A program made the translations under genes and the position numbers. 34,620 bases of DNA from Candidatus Zambryskiibacteriota bacterium (GTDB lineage: Bacteria; Patescibacteriota; Minisyncoccia; Phycocordibacterales; DATGWK01): contig JAHFLV010000004.1 in NCBI GenBank assembly GCA_023264565.1, positions 13,408 to 48,027 of the forward strand, written 5' to 3'. The number at the start of each line of letters is the position of its first letter. Position 1 is the first letter of the stretch. This document shows positions 24,623 through 32,522 of the stretch, one piece after another. The notes under the pieces were generated by a model. The model did not search any database and had not been told where the DNA came from. It saw only the letters and a list, made by a program, of their open reading frames with translations.

Positions 24623-25624
24623 ATGCTCAACTCTAACCTCAATCAAAAAGTTTTCGACACAGACGTCGAGCAACAGCCAATCCGAAAAGGGTATGGTGAA
24701 GGACTTTTGGCTGCGGGTGAAGCTGATTCACAAGTTGTGGCTTTGTGTGCCGACCTTACTGAATCCACCCAAACTCATTTGTTTGCGAAAAAATTTCCAG
24801 AGCGATTTATTGAAGTCGGCGTGGCTGAACAAAACCTGGCATCTGTTGCCTCTGGTATGGCGGCGATGGGGAAGATTCCGTTTATTACTTCCTACGCCAT
24901 GTTTTCTCCTGGCAGAAATTGGGAACAAATTCGCACCACTATCTGCTATAACAATCAGCCGGTAAAAATTGCCGGTTCGCATGCAGGAATTTCTGTGGGT
25001 CCTGATGGAGGCACGCATCAGGCTGTCGAAGACATGGCCATCACTCGTGTTATTCCACGAATGGTCGTCATTTCTCCATGCGATTCTGTTGAAGCAAAAA
25101 AAGCGACCGTCGCTGCGGCAAAAACTGACACCCCGGTCTACATTCGTCTCGCTCGAGAAAAAACGCCGATCATGACGACTGAAGAAACTCCTTTTGAAAT
25201 TGGCAAAGCAGAACTTTTTTATGAAACCAAAAAGCCGGAAGTAGTCATTATTTCAACCGGCGCGCTCACACACAAAGCGCTTGTTGCGGCCCATGAACTC
25301 GGCCAAGCTGGCGGCTCAAACGGTGCAGGTATACAGGTAAACGTTTTAAATCTTTCTACTATCAAACCCCTCGACGAAGCGGCGATCATTAAACAAGCCA
25401 AACTTGCTGGCGCGGTTATAACAGTCGAAGAACATCAAATTCGTGGCGGCATGGGTAGCGCGGTTGCCGAATGTCTCGCAAAACATGTGCCAACTCCAAT
25501 GGAATTCATTGGTGTTGATGATCAATTCGGTCAGTCTGGAAAAACAGACGAACTCCTCGAACATTATGGAATGACTGTCGAAGCTATTAAAAAAGCTGTT
25601 AAGAGAGTGATCGAAAGAAAATAA
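24623..25624 (+). CDS. tkt: Transketolase, C-terminal (pyrimidine-binding plus C-terminal domain) subunit
   Basis: RKGYGEGL, VGVAEQN, GPDGGTHQAVEDMA and TVEEHQIRGGMGSAV motifs. Confidence 0.9.
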   Translation: MLNSNLNQKVFDTDVEQQPIRKGYGEGLLAAGEADSQVVALCADLTESTQTHLFAKKFPERFIEVGVAEQNLASVASGMAAMGKIPFITSYAMFSPGRNWEQIRTTICYNNQPVKIAGSHAGISVGPDGGTHQAVEDMAITRVIPRMVVISPCDSVEAKKATVAAAKTDTPVYIRLAREKTPIMTTEETPFEIGKAELFYETKKPEVVIISTGALTHKALVAAHELGQAGGSNGAGIQVNVLNLSTIKPLDEAAIIKQAKLAGAVITVEEHQIRGGMGSAVAECLAKHVPTPMEFIGVDDQFGQSGKTDELLEHYGMTVEAIKKAVKRVIERK

Positions 25625-25626
25625 AA

Positions 25627-25658
25627 TAAAAAAACCGGTTATATGTACCGGTTTTTTT
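25627..25658. terminator. Symmetric bidirectional terminator between convergent tkt-C and the kinase gene
   Basis: aaaaaaa-accggt-tatatgt-accggt-ttttttt. Confidence 0.85.
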
Positions 25659-25671
25659 ATTTGGTTACCAA

Positions 25672-26712
25672 TTAAATTTTCTTTGGCACATACTCCGCCG
25701 GAGCATTTTTCAAATATTCCAACAACTTTTCTTGTGTGAGCAATCCTTTCTGTGCGCCGATTTCTTGCACAACAGACATAGAGTTAATCGGAGCCCATTT
25801 CATGGCTTCAGGAATACTTTTTCCAAGTACGAGAGCGGCCGTGAAGGTCGATGCGAATGCGTCACCGGCACCTGTGCGTTCATACGGCGGTTTTGGGTCT
25901 GGATATGTTGGCATGAACCAAACTTCGCCTGCGCCACCTGTGCCGCTCGTGCTGCTGTCAGAGGCATACGCACCTTTTGGTCCGTTGGTGATCACGACAA
26001 TCTTTGGTCCAAGTGCATGCATGCCAGCGATCAATTTTTTAACAACTTCTTCTAAAGAACCGCTCATTTCTTCCGCAGGCATTTTCAAAATTCGTTTTGC
26101 TTCTTCGACGTTGCAGAAAAAGATTTCCGCTCGTTTATAAAACGCTGCGAGTTTTTCGTGCCCTGCGTTCATCTGAAATGTACCCGGCTGAAAGGCAAGT
26201 TTGATATCGGGATTTTTTTCAAGCCATGCGCCGATTTCCAACTGATAGTTCAAAGAATTCGCACCCAAAGAAGTCACATATACCCAACGTGGATTCTTGC
26301 GAGGTGCCATAAAACGATAGGGGAAATCCTCATGCTTCACTAGAATTGTGCGCTCGTCTTCAAACCAGAGCACATAGTGATAGTTGGTTTTGAAACCTCG
26401 ATGGCGAGAAATATATTTAGTAGAAACCCCATTCCTTTTTGTGGTCTCGATACAATCTTTGCCATTTTGATCACCACCAATATCGGTCATGATCGCAGAG
26501 TTCAAACCAAGACGTGCAGCAGAGACAGCGGCGTTCGGTCCATTACCAACCGCGCTCACAACCTCGACAAACTCAAAAGGAATTTTATCGCCAAAAGCCA
26601 TACAGAGTTCGCAGTCGTCACGGTTTACGTTGCAGTGAACAGAAGCTTCCTTCAATCTGATAAATGCGTCGATCACAATGTCGCCGATGGCGAGAAAATC
26701 AATTTGTTTCAT
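25672..26712 (-). CDS. PfkB-family carbohydrate kinase (ribokinase-like fold); substrate not assignable
   Basis: N-terminal DFLAIGDIVIDAF and C-terminal TGAGDAFASTF anion-hole motif. The start is set to ATG 26712; the track uses TTG 26718. Confidence 0.8.
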   Translation of the reverse strand: MKQIDFLAIGDIVIDAFIRLKEASVHCNVNRDDCELCMAFGDKIPFEFVEVVSAVGNGPNAAVSAARLGLNSAIMTDIGGDQNGKDCIETTKRNGVSTKYISRHRGFKTNYHYVLWFEDERTILVKHEDFPYRFMAPRKNPRWVYVTSLGANSLNYQLEIGAWLEKNPDIKLAFQPGTFQMNAGHEKLAAFYKRAEIFFCNVEEAKRILKMPAEEMSGSLEEVVKKLIAGMHALGPKIVVITNGPKGAYASDSSTSGTGGAGEVWFMPTYPDPKPPYERTGAGDAFASTFTAALVLGKSIPEAMKWAPINSMSVVQEIGAQKGLLTQEKLLEYLKNAPAEYVPKKI

Positions 26713-26718
26713 GCACAA

Positions 26719-26727
26719 AGTATATCA
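26719..26727 (-). promoter_or_regulatory. Extended -10 box TGATATACT, 6 nt upstream of ATG 26712 (candidate leaderless promoter)
   Basis: The minus strand reads tgatatact-ttgtgc-ATG. Confidence 0.5.
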
Positions 26728-26770
26728 AGTAATATTTCAGACCGCTTAATTCCTTCGCATATTCTTGGGG

Positions 26771-26798
26771 TTGACATTTCATTAAAAAATTCTATTGT
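26771..26798 (+). promoter_or_regulatory. Candidate promoter TTGACA, 16-nt spacer, TATTGT
   Basis: ggttgacatt... The same 10-mer, GGTTGACATT, heads the cassette at 29694. Confidence 0.5.
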
Positions 26799-26841
26799 TA
26801 TGAAAGAGTAGATCACATAAGCATACGCACAGGAGTTCACC

Positions 26842-27051
26842 ATGAGTGATTTTAATCTCGGACCACCCATTGGCCTTCAGCTTGTTCGTGTTGTTGCCGG
26901 AGCCTTTAGTGCTGACAGACGACAAGGTCAGGACCAGAAGCAGGAACAGGGGAGTTGGTCCGCTGTCCGCAACCCGCTGGACCCTACACCGTCCACTCAT
27001 TACACGTCTCTTCTTCCTGATGTGCCGCTGCCCGCACGTACCAACCCCTGA
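26842..27051 (+). CDS. Hypothetical small protein (69 aa, Pro/Gln-rich, probably disordered). The coding status is uncertain, and the unit could be a non-coding RNA.
   Basis: AGGAG (26831-26835) lies 6 nt upstream of the ATG, with a TGA stop and its own promoter and terminator. Composition is low-complexity, and all frames are open in this region. Confidence 0.35.
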   Translation: MSDFNLGPPIGLQLVRVVAGAFSADRRQGQDQKQEQGSWSAVRNPLDPTPSTHYTSLLPDVPLPARTNP

Positions 27052-27080
27052 CCCCGTGTTCCTTGTTCGAGTCTTCCACA

Positions 27081-27114
27081 CCGCCGGTACAAATTCTGTA
27101 TCGGCGGCTTTTTT
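27081..27114 (+). terminator. Rho-independent terminator
   Basis: ccgccggtac-aaattct-gtatcggcgg (one G-U pair), then c and tttttt. Confidence 0.8.
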
Positions 27115-27119
27115 ATGCA

Positions 27120-27128
27120 TGATATAAT
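27120..27128 (+). promoter_or_regulatory. Extended -10 box TGATATAAT, 6 nt upstream of ATG 27135 (candidate leaderless promoter)
   Basis: tgatataat-ttcgca-ATG. The position where a -35 box would sit is occupied by the preceding terminator. Confidence 0.55.
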
Positions 27129-27134
27129 TTCGCA

Positions 27135-28001
27135 ATGAAAACACTTGCAGAATATATTCAGGACGCACGAAAAAGAAAGGTCGCGGTTGGTCATTTTAAT
27201 ATTTCAAATATCGAGGGAATGTGGGCGATTTTTAACGCCGCTCGAAAGCTCAACGTACCGGTGATTACCGGTGTTTCAGAAGGTGAGCGAGAATTTTTAG
27301 GAGTTCGTCAGGTTGCGGCGCTTGTGAAAAGCCTTCGCGAAGAATATTCGTACCCAGTTTTTCTTAACGCTGACCATACCTACACAGTCGAAAAAGTAAA
27401 AGAAGCACTTGATGCTGGTTTTGACGCAGCAATTTTCGACGGCGCAAAACTTTCGTTCGAAGAAAATGTTGCTAAGGCAAAAGAATGCGTCGAGTATGCG
27501 CGAACTCTCAGCCACAAGCCGCTTATCGAAGGTGAGCTTGGTTTCATTGGCCAATCTTCAAAAGTTTTAGATGCTATCCCTGAGGGTGTCGATCTTGAAA
27601 AGGGTCTCACAACAGTCGAGCAGGCAAAGGTTTTTGTTGAACAAACTGGCGTTGATTTGCTAGCTCCTGCGGTCGGAAATTTCCATGGCATGCTTCGTGG
27701 TGGTGTTGACCCTAAACTCAATATCGATCGCATCAAAGAAATTTACGATGCCGTTGGCATCCCGCTCGTCCTTCATGGTGGCTCTGGAAATTCTTCAGAA
27801 GATTTTTCTGCGGCAATCGATGTCGGTGTTTCTATTGTGCATATCAACACCGAACTTCGCGTTGCTTTCCGTGACGCTCTCAAACTTTCTCTTCAAGAAA
27901 ACCCAGAAGAAGTGGCTCCATATAAAATTCTCAAAAATTCTGTCGCGGCTATGGAAAAACTCGTTGATACAAAACTTCGCGTGTTCAATAAGATGAAATA
28001 A
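27135..28001 (+). CDS. fba: Class II fructose-bisphosphate aldolase
   Basis: VAVGHFN, LNADHT and LVLHGGSG motifs. 288 aa. Confidence 0.9.
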   Translation: MKTLAEYIQDARKRKVAVGHFNISNIEGMWAIFNAARKLNVPVITGVSEGEREFLGVRQVAALVKSLREEYSYPVFLNADHTYTVEKVKEALDAGFDAAIFDGAKLSFEENVAKAKECVEYARTLSHKPLIEGELGFIGQSSKVLDAIPEGVDLEKGLTTVEQAKVFVEQTGVDLLAPAVGNFHGMLRGGVDPKLNIDRIKEIYDAVGIPLVLHGGSGNSSEDFSAAIDVGVSIVHINTELRVAFRDALKLSLQENPEEVAPYKILKNSVAAMEKLVDTKLRVFNKMK

Positions 28002-28023
28002 TGCTTGTTTTTAAAAGTTTTTT

Positions 28024-29694
28024 ATGACACTCAAAGAAGAAATTAAATTATTTTTTAAGGGCGACGTGATGGGGGACGATGCGACCCTCACAACATACAG
28101 CCATGATGCCAGTCTTTTTGAAGTGCGCCCAAGGCTTGTAGTGTTCCCAAAAGATGCCCAGGACATCAAAGAACTCGTGAAGTTTGTGAATGAAAAGAAA
28201 GCCGCCGCAGAGGCCGGTGGTGCCGATGTTGACCCAGAATATCAGTCACTTTCTATTACTGCGCGTTCAGCAGGTACTTGTATGTCTGGTGGCTCGCTCA
28301 ACGAGTCAATAATTGTCGATTTCACCAAATACATGCACGGCATCAAATCTCTTACGAAAGAGCAGGCTGTCGTGTTGCCCGGCACTTTTTATCGCGATTT
28401 TGAAGTCGAAACTTTGAAACTCGGTGCGATTTTGCCATGTTTTACTGCGTCAAAAAATCTCTGTGCCTTGGGCGGCATGGTCGCCAACAATGCGGCTGGA
28501 GAAAAAACCCTGCAGTACGGCAAAATGGAAAATTACGTTATGTCACTCAAGGCAATTTTTGCTGATGGAAATGAATACACTGTGAAGCCTCTTACAAAAG
28601 CTGAACTCGACGTCAAAATGGCTCAAGGAAATTTTGAGGGTACTTTTTATAAACAGATTTTTGCTCTCATTACTGCAAACCAGGCAGAAATTATGGCGGC
28701 CAAGCCAAAAGTTTCTAAAAATTCTGCTGGATACTATTTGTGGAATGTGTGGGATGGAAAAACCTTTGACCTTACCAAACTTATTGTTGGTTCGCAGGGA
28801 ACTTTGTGTATCGTAACAGAAGCAACTCTCAAACTTGTGCCAGTCAAAAAGATTTCAAAACTGTTTGTGGTATTTATGCCGAACCTTACGCGCCTTGGAG
28901 AACTGGTAAACGAAATTTTAGCTTTCAAACCAGAAAGTTTGGAGTCATACGATGACAGCACCATGAAAATGGCCATGCGTTTTTTACCAGAAATGATGAA
29001 AACCATGCACGCAAGCAGTTTCTTAAAACTCATGCTGAGTTTTATTCCAGAGGTGTTGATGATTTTGACTGGCGGCATTCCAAAACTAATTTTGCTCGTG
29101 GAATTTGCGGGGGATAGTGAACAAGAAATTCACGACCACATGGTGGCACTCCAAAAAAAGATAGCGCCCTTTAAATTCAAAACTCGCCTGATTCGTTCAG
29201 AAAATGAATCCGAAAAATATTGGACGATTCGTCGTGAAAGTTTTAACCTTCTTCGCAAACATGTCCGCGGTATGCGCACTGCTCCTTTTATAGACGACGT
29301 GATTGTTCGTCCAGAATTCTTGCCAGAGTTTCTCCCAAAGATGCGAGCGATTCTCGACGACTATGACTTGCTCTACACAATCGCCGGTCATGCGGGTAAT
29401 GGTAATTTTCATATCATTCCGCTTATGGATATGAAGAAACAAAAGAATCGGGCGCTCATTCGCACGGTGTCAGATAAAATTTATGATCTTGTTTTGAAGT
29501 ATGAAGGTTCAATAACCGCAGAACACAACGACGGCATTGTCCGCACCCCGTATTTACCAAAAATGTTCGGTCCAAAAATCTATTCGCTTTTTGTTGATGT
29601 TAAAAATATTTTCGATCGAAAAAATATGTTCAATCCTGGAAAAAAGGTCGGTGGAAGTCTCGACTATATGGAGAAACATATCGTGAAGAGCTAG
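28024..29694 (+). CDS. FAD-linked oxidase / dehydrogenase (FAD_binding_4, GlcD / D-lactate dehydrogenase-like)
   Basis: PCMH-type FAD domain (ITARSAGTCMSGGS, GGMVANNAAGEK, GSQGTLCIVTEATLKL) and a C-terminal oxidase domain (AGHAGNGNFH, GSITAEHNDG). Confidence 0.8.
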   Translation: MTLKEEIKLFFKGDVMGDDATLTTYSHDASLFEVRPRLVVFPKDAQDIKELVKFVNEKKAAAEAGGADVDPEYQSLSITARSAGTCMSGGSLNESIIVDFTKYMHGIKSLTKEQAVVLPGTFYRDFEVETLKLGAILPCFTASKNLCALGGMVANNAAGEKTLQYGKMENYVMSLKAIFADGNEYTVKPLTKAELDVKMAQGNFEGTFYKQIFALITANQAEIMAAKPKVSKNSAGYYLWNVWDGKTFDLTKLIVGSQGTLCIVTEATLKLVPVKKISKLFVVFMPNLTRLGELVNEILAFKPESLESYDDSTMKMAMRFLPEMMKTMHASSFLKLMLSFIPEVLMILTGGIPKLILLVEFAGDSEQEIHDHMVALQKKIAPFKFKTRLIRSENESEKYWTIRRESFNLLRKHVRGMRTAPFIDDVIVRPEFLPEFLPKMRAILDDYDLLYTIAGHAGNGNFHIIPLMDMKKQKNRALIRTVSDKIYDLVLKYEGSITAEHNDGIVRTPYLPKMFGPKIYSLFVDVKNIFDRKNMFNPGKKVGGSLDYMEKHIVKS

Positions 29695-29695
29695 G

Positions 29696-29723
29696 TTGAC
29701 ATTGCCCTGAAAACGTGTATTAT
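29696..29723 (+). promoter_or_regulatory. Candidate promoter TTGACA, 16-nt spacer, TATTAT
   Basis: ggttgacatt-gccctgaaaacgtg-tattat. The leader contains the hairpin agaacc-gcagcgtgt-ggttct. Confidence 0.5.
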
Positions 29724-29777
29724 ATACGCAGAACCGCAGCGTGTGGTTCTTTTGTACCTTGTTGTAAGGAGGCAACT

Positions 29778-30158
29778 ATGGACCTTTTGTCACAGCGTCT
29801 GCTTAGTCTTTTGGACCGTCAGCCCAACCCCACCTCGTTGGTGGTTGTCGTGTACGACATGATGTCGGCGGCAGGGCTCTCCGAATACCGGACCGATGAG
29901 TGTACCTCGTCAGTACTCGGTGGTGAGCTTCGGTGGGATTTCGACAAGGGGTGCTGGCGTTATGAGCATCCTGAATTTGGTTCGGACTGGTTGAAAATCG
30001 GCCTGGAAGGTCGCAATCCAGTCGGAGGTGCTGGTACCAGCATGGGGGTGGCATTCGTCTACGATCCGCACAATGTTTCGCATCGGATCGCGTACGACAT
30101 GTTCCTCGAGGAGCTTCAGACCGGGCTTCGTCTGGTTCGGCCGCCCTTGGCTGCCTAA
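29778..30158 (+). CDS. Hypothetical protein (126 aa), no family recognised
   Basis: AAGGAGG (29766-29772) lies 5 nt upstream of ATG 29778; the track's GTG 29715 lies inside the promoter. The sequence looks globular (LVVVVYDMMSAAGLSEY...GVAFVYDPHNVSHRIAYDMFLEEL). The gene has its own terminator. Confidence 0.6.
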   Translation: MDLLSQRLLSLLDRQPNPTSLVVVVYDMMSAAGLSEYRTDECTSSVLGGELRWDFDKGCWRYEHPEFGSDWLKIGLEGRNPVGGAGTSMGVAFVYDPHNVSHRIAYDMFLEELQTGLRLVRPPLAA

Positions 30159-30185
30159 GCTCACAATATGTTCGCTGTGCTACTG

Positions 30186-30213
30186 CACCCCGTCGGAGAC
30201 GGGGTTTTTCTTT
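30186..30213 (+). terminator. Rho-independent terminator
   Basis: ccccgtc-gga-gacgggg followed by tttttcttt. Confidence 0.85.
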
Positions 30214-30263
30214 GCCAAATTTTAATAAAATCGGTTGTCAGGGCAGAAAACCGGCCGCACGTA

Positions 30264-30291
30264 TTGATTTTTTATCAGTCTCGAATATAAT
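30264..30291 (+). promoter_or_regulatory. Promoter TTGATT, 16-nt spacer, TATAAT, ending 6 nt before ATG 30298 (candidate leaderless)
   Basis: ttgatt-ttttatcagtctcgaa-tataat-agccgg-ATG. Confidence 0.55.
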
Positions 30292-30297
30292 AGCCGG

Positions 30298-30978
30298 ATG
30301 CTTAGCTTAAAAGTAAAGGCCCGCGATGTCGGGGAAAGTCTCTATAAAGTTCGTGACGAAGGCTTCATGCCTGCTGTTTTTTACGGCAAAAAAGAAAAGT
30401 CCACTCCGGTTTCTGTCGGAATGGCAGATTTTATGAAAGTATGGAAACAGGCGGGTGAATCTTCTGTTGTTGTTTTGAACAGCGACAAGGGTGATCTTGA
30501 ATCTCTCATTCATGATGTGGATATCGATCCAATCACCGAAATGCCTCGCCACGCTGATTTTTATGTGTTCGAAAAAGGTCACAAACTCGAAATCGACATT
30601 CCTCTGGAATTCGTTGGTGTTTCTCCTGCGGTCAAAGATCTCGGTGGTATTCTCATCAAAGTTCTCCACAATTTGAAGATCGAAGCAATGCCAAAGGATT
30701 TGCCTAAGAAAATCGAAGTCGATATTTCTTCTCTTACATCTTTCGACAGCCAGATCGCTGCAGGCAGCATTAAGCTCCCAGAAGGCGTAACTCTTATTGA
30801 AGACGCAGCCGAAGTCATTGCTCTCGTTTCTGAACCAAAAGAAGAAGTTGAAGAAGTTGCAGCTCCAGTGGACCTCTCAGCAATCGAAGTCGAGAAGAAG
30901 GGTAAGAAAGAAGAAGAGGGTGAAGAAGGTGCCGCTGCTCCAGCAAAAGGCGAAAAAGCCGAAAAGTCAGACAAATAA
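30298..30978 (+). CDS. rplY: Ribosomal protein L25 (Ctc form) with a charged C-terminal tail
   Basis: LRDEGFMPAVFYGK..., a two-domain Ctc-type length (226 aa) and a Glu/Lys-rich tail. Confidence 0.85.
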   Translation: MLSLKVKARDVGESLYKVRDEGFMPAVFYGKKEKSTPVSVGMADFMKVWKQAGESSVVVLNSDKGDLESLIHDVDIDPITEMPRHADFYVFEKGHKLEIDIPLEFVGVSPAVKDLGGILIKVLHNLKIEAMPKDLPKKIEVDISSLTSFDSQIAAGSIKLPEGVTLIEDAAEVIALVSEPKEEVEEVAAPVDLSAIEVEKKGKKEEEGEEGAAAPAKGEKAEKSDK

Positions 30979-30986
30979 AACTACAT

Positions 30987-31047
30987 AAAAAATCCAATCT
31001 TCTTTTTCCGCTTCGGCTAACCGCTACAAAAGAAGATTGGATTTTTT
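30987..31047. terminator. Long terminator hairpin carrying the same conserved 20-nt loop motif as 1929-1988, in the opposite orientation
   Basis: aaaaaatccaatcttctttt / aaaagaagattggattttttt. The loop ccgcttcggctaaccgctac (31008-31027) is the reverse complement of gtagcggttagccgaagcgg. Confidence 0.75.
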
Positions 31048-31091
31048 TATTATACGCGTGAGTAAGTACACGGTGCCTCGTTCGTCTCACA

Positions 31092-31100
31092 TGATATAGT
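31092..31100 (+). promoter_or_regulatory. Extended -10 box TGATATAGT, 6 nt upstream of ATG 31107 (candidate leaderless promoter)
   Basis: tgatatagt-atgcat-ATG. The first ATG (31101) directly abuts the box. Confidence 0.5.
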
Positions 31101-31106
31101 ATGCAT

Positions 31107-32501
31107 ATGCGTTTTTTCCAAAAAAGAGCTTTGGTTTTTTTGTCAGCAATACTTCTCATTGCTTTCTCTTTTACTACCTATTTTTCTGCTCTTTCTGCGA
31201 TAGCGGCGACCAAAACAATTCCAGCCTCTACAAGTGCTTCAGACACTGCTGACCGCGAAGCCGCTCTTCGTGCCGAGCTCGCAAAGACCGAAGCTGAAAT
31301 TGCTCAATGGACAGTTGTGCTCGACGCTAAGCGAAAAGAGACTGGCTCCATAGAACGCGACGCCGCTATTTTGGCTGCAAAAATCGAGCAGGCAAAGCTC
31401 GTTATTAAGGCAAAAAATTTAGCCATCCAAACACTCGGTAAAGATATTACTCAAAAAGAACAAACTATCGGCCAGCTGAATTCTAAAATTGCTCGTGGAA
31501 AGGAGTCGCTTTCAGAGCTTATTAGAAAAACCAATGAAATCGATGAATATTCGGTTGTCGAAGTTGCTCTTTCTGACAAAAAACTTTCTGACTTTTTCTC
31601 TGACGTAGATGCGTATAATTCAATTAAGCTTTCGATGCAGGATTTGTTTGCCGATGTGCGTACTGCAAAAAGCCAGACTGAAACCGAAAAGGCTGTTTTA
31701 AATTCGAAAAAAAATCAGGAAACTGATGCAAAGGCGGTAATCGAAACTCAAAAAAGTAGCGTTGAAAAAACCGAAGCTGAAAAACAGGCTTTGCTCAAAA
31801 TCAGTAAAACTCAGGAAAAATCATATGAGCAAGTCTTGGCGGATCGTCAGCAAAAGGCCGCCCAAATTCGTTCTGCCCTTTTTGCTCTCCGAGACACCGC
31901 AGCGATTCCATTCGGCACAGCGTTGACCTATGCCAATGCTGTTTCAAAAAAAACCGGCGTTCGACCAGCATTTATTTTGGCGATTTTGACTCAAGAATCC
32001 GACCTCGGACGAAACGTTGGTCAATGTTACGTCAAAGATCCAAAGACCGGTGATGGTGTTGGTAAAAATACAGGTACACCGTTCAAAGGTATTATGCATC
32101 CGACCCGTGATGTACCTATTTTCCTTGCGATTGCTCAGCGACTTGGTTTCGATCCATTCAGCCAGCCGGTTTCATGTCCGCAGCCAGGTGGTTACGGTGG
32201 TGCAATGGGTCCATCACAGTTTATTCCTTCAACCTGGGTTACATACGAAGCGCGCATTGCTGCCGCGAACGGTATCAAAACTCCAAACCCATGGGATCCA
32301 AAGGATGCGTTTATGGCAACCGGTCTTTTCTTGGCTGATTTGGGTGGTGTGAACGGCAGCTATACCGCAGAACGTGAAGCCGCAGGCCGATACTATGCCG
32401 GTGGTGCCTGGGCAACCCGTGGTTTGGCGTATGCCGACAGTGTGTTGAATCATGCAAAAGTCATCCAAGAGACAATGATTGACCCACTTCAGGGCCTCTG
32501 A
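31107..32501 (+). CDS. Secreted coiled-coil protein with a C-terminal lytic transglycosylase (SLT_2/MltB-like) domain
   Basis: Signal or anchor sequence (ALVFLSAILLIAFSF), about 230 aa of heptad-rich Ala/Lys/Glu sequence, then ILTQESDLG (catalytic Glu) and GGAMGPSQFIPSTW. The start is either 31107 or 31101. Confidence 0.75.
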   Translation: MRFFQKRALVFLSAILLIAFSFTTYFSALSAIAATKTIPASTSASDTADREAALRAELAKTEAEIAQWTVVLDAKRKETGSIERDAAILAAKIEQAKLVIKAKNLAIQTLGKDITQKEQTIGQLNSKIARGKESLSELIRKTNEIDEYSVVEVALSDKKLSDFFSDVDAYNSIKLSMQDLFADVRTAKSQTETEKAVLNSKKNQETDAKAVIETQKSSVEKTEAEKQALLKISKTQEKSYEQVLADRQQKAAQIRSALFALRDTAAIPFGTALTYANAVSKKTGVRPAFILAILTQESDLGRNVGQCYVKDPKTGDGVGKNTGTPFKGIMHPTRDVPIFLAIAQRLGFDPFSQPVSCPQPGGYGGAMGPSQFIPSTWVTYEARIAAANGIKTPNPWDPKDAFMATGLFLADLGGVNGSYTAEREAAGRYYAGGAWATRGLAYADSVLNHAKVIQETMIDPLQGL

Positions 32502-32507
32502 TATAGT
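32499..32507 (+). promoter_or_regulatory. Extended -10 box TGATATAGT upstream of rpmE. Its TGA is the stop codon of the preceding gene.
   Basis: ctc-TGA-tatagt, 15 nt before ATG 32523. Confidence 0.45.
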
Positions 32508-32522
32508 ATCCAGCACAAATAT

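Noticed and set aside
26914-27080. SRP-RNA-like string (ggtcaggaccagaagcaggaacagg) and T-loop-like gttcgagtc in cassette 4
   Set aside because: There is no GGAA tetraloop helix and no complementary 3' strand as domain IV of SRP RNA requires. The T-loop-like heptamer lacks a flanking 5-bp stem.
26782-27168. 128-aa minus-strand ORF and 93-aa plus-strand ORF (26846..27127) spanning cassette 4
   Set aside because: Both read through the terminator hairpin and the fba -10 box or start. They have no initiation signals.
29931-30158. tmRNA-like hints: gggatttcgacaagggg resembles the tmRNA 5' GGAUUCGAC region, and the ORF ends ...PPLAA-stop like an ssrA tag
   Set aside because: The order and spacing are wrong, because the tag-like end is at the 3' end next to the terminator. 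There is no acceptor or T-arm ending in CCA. The region is a continuous SD-led 126-codon ORF.
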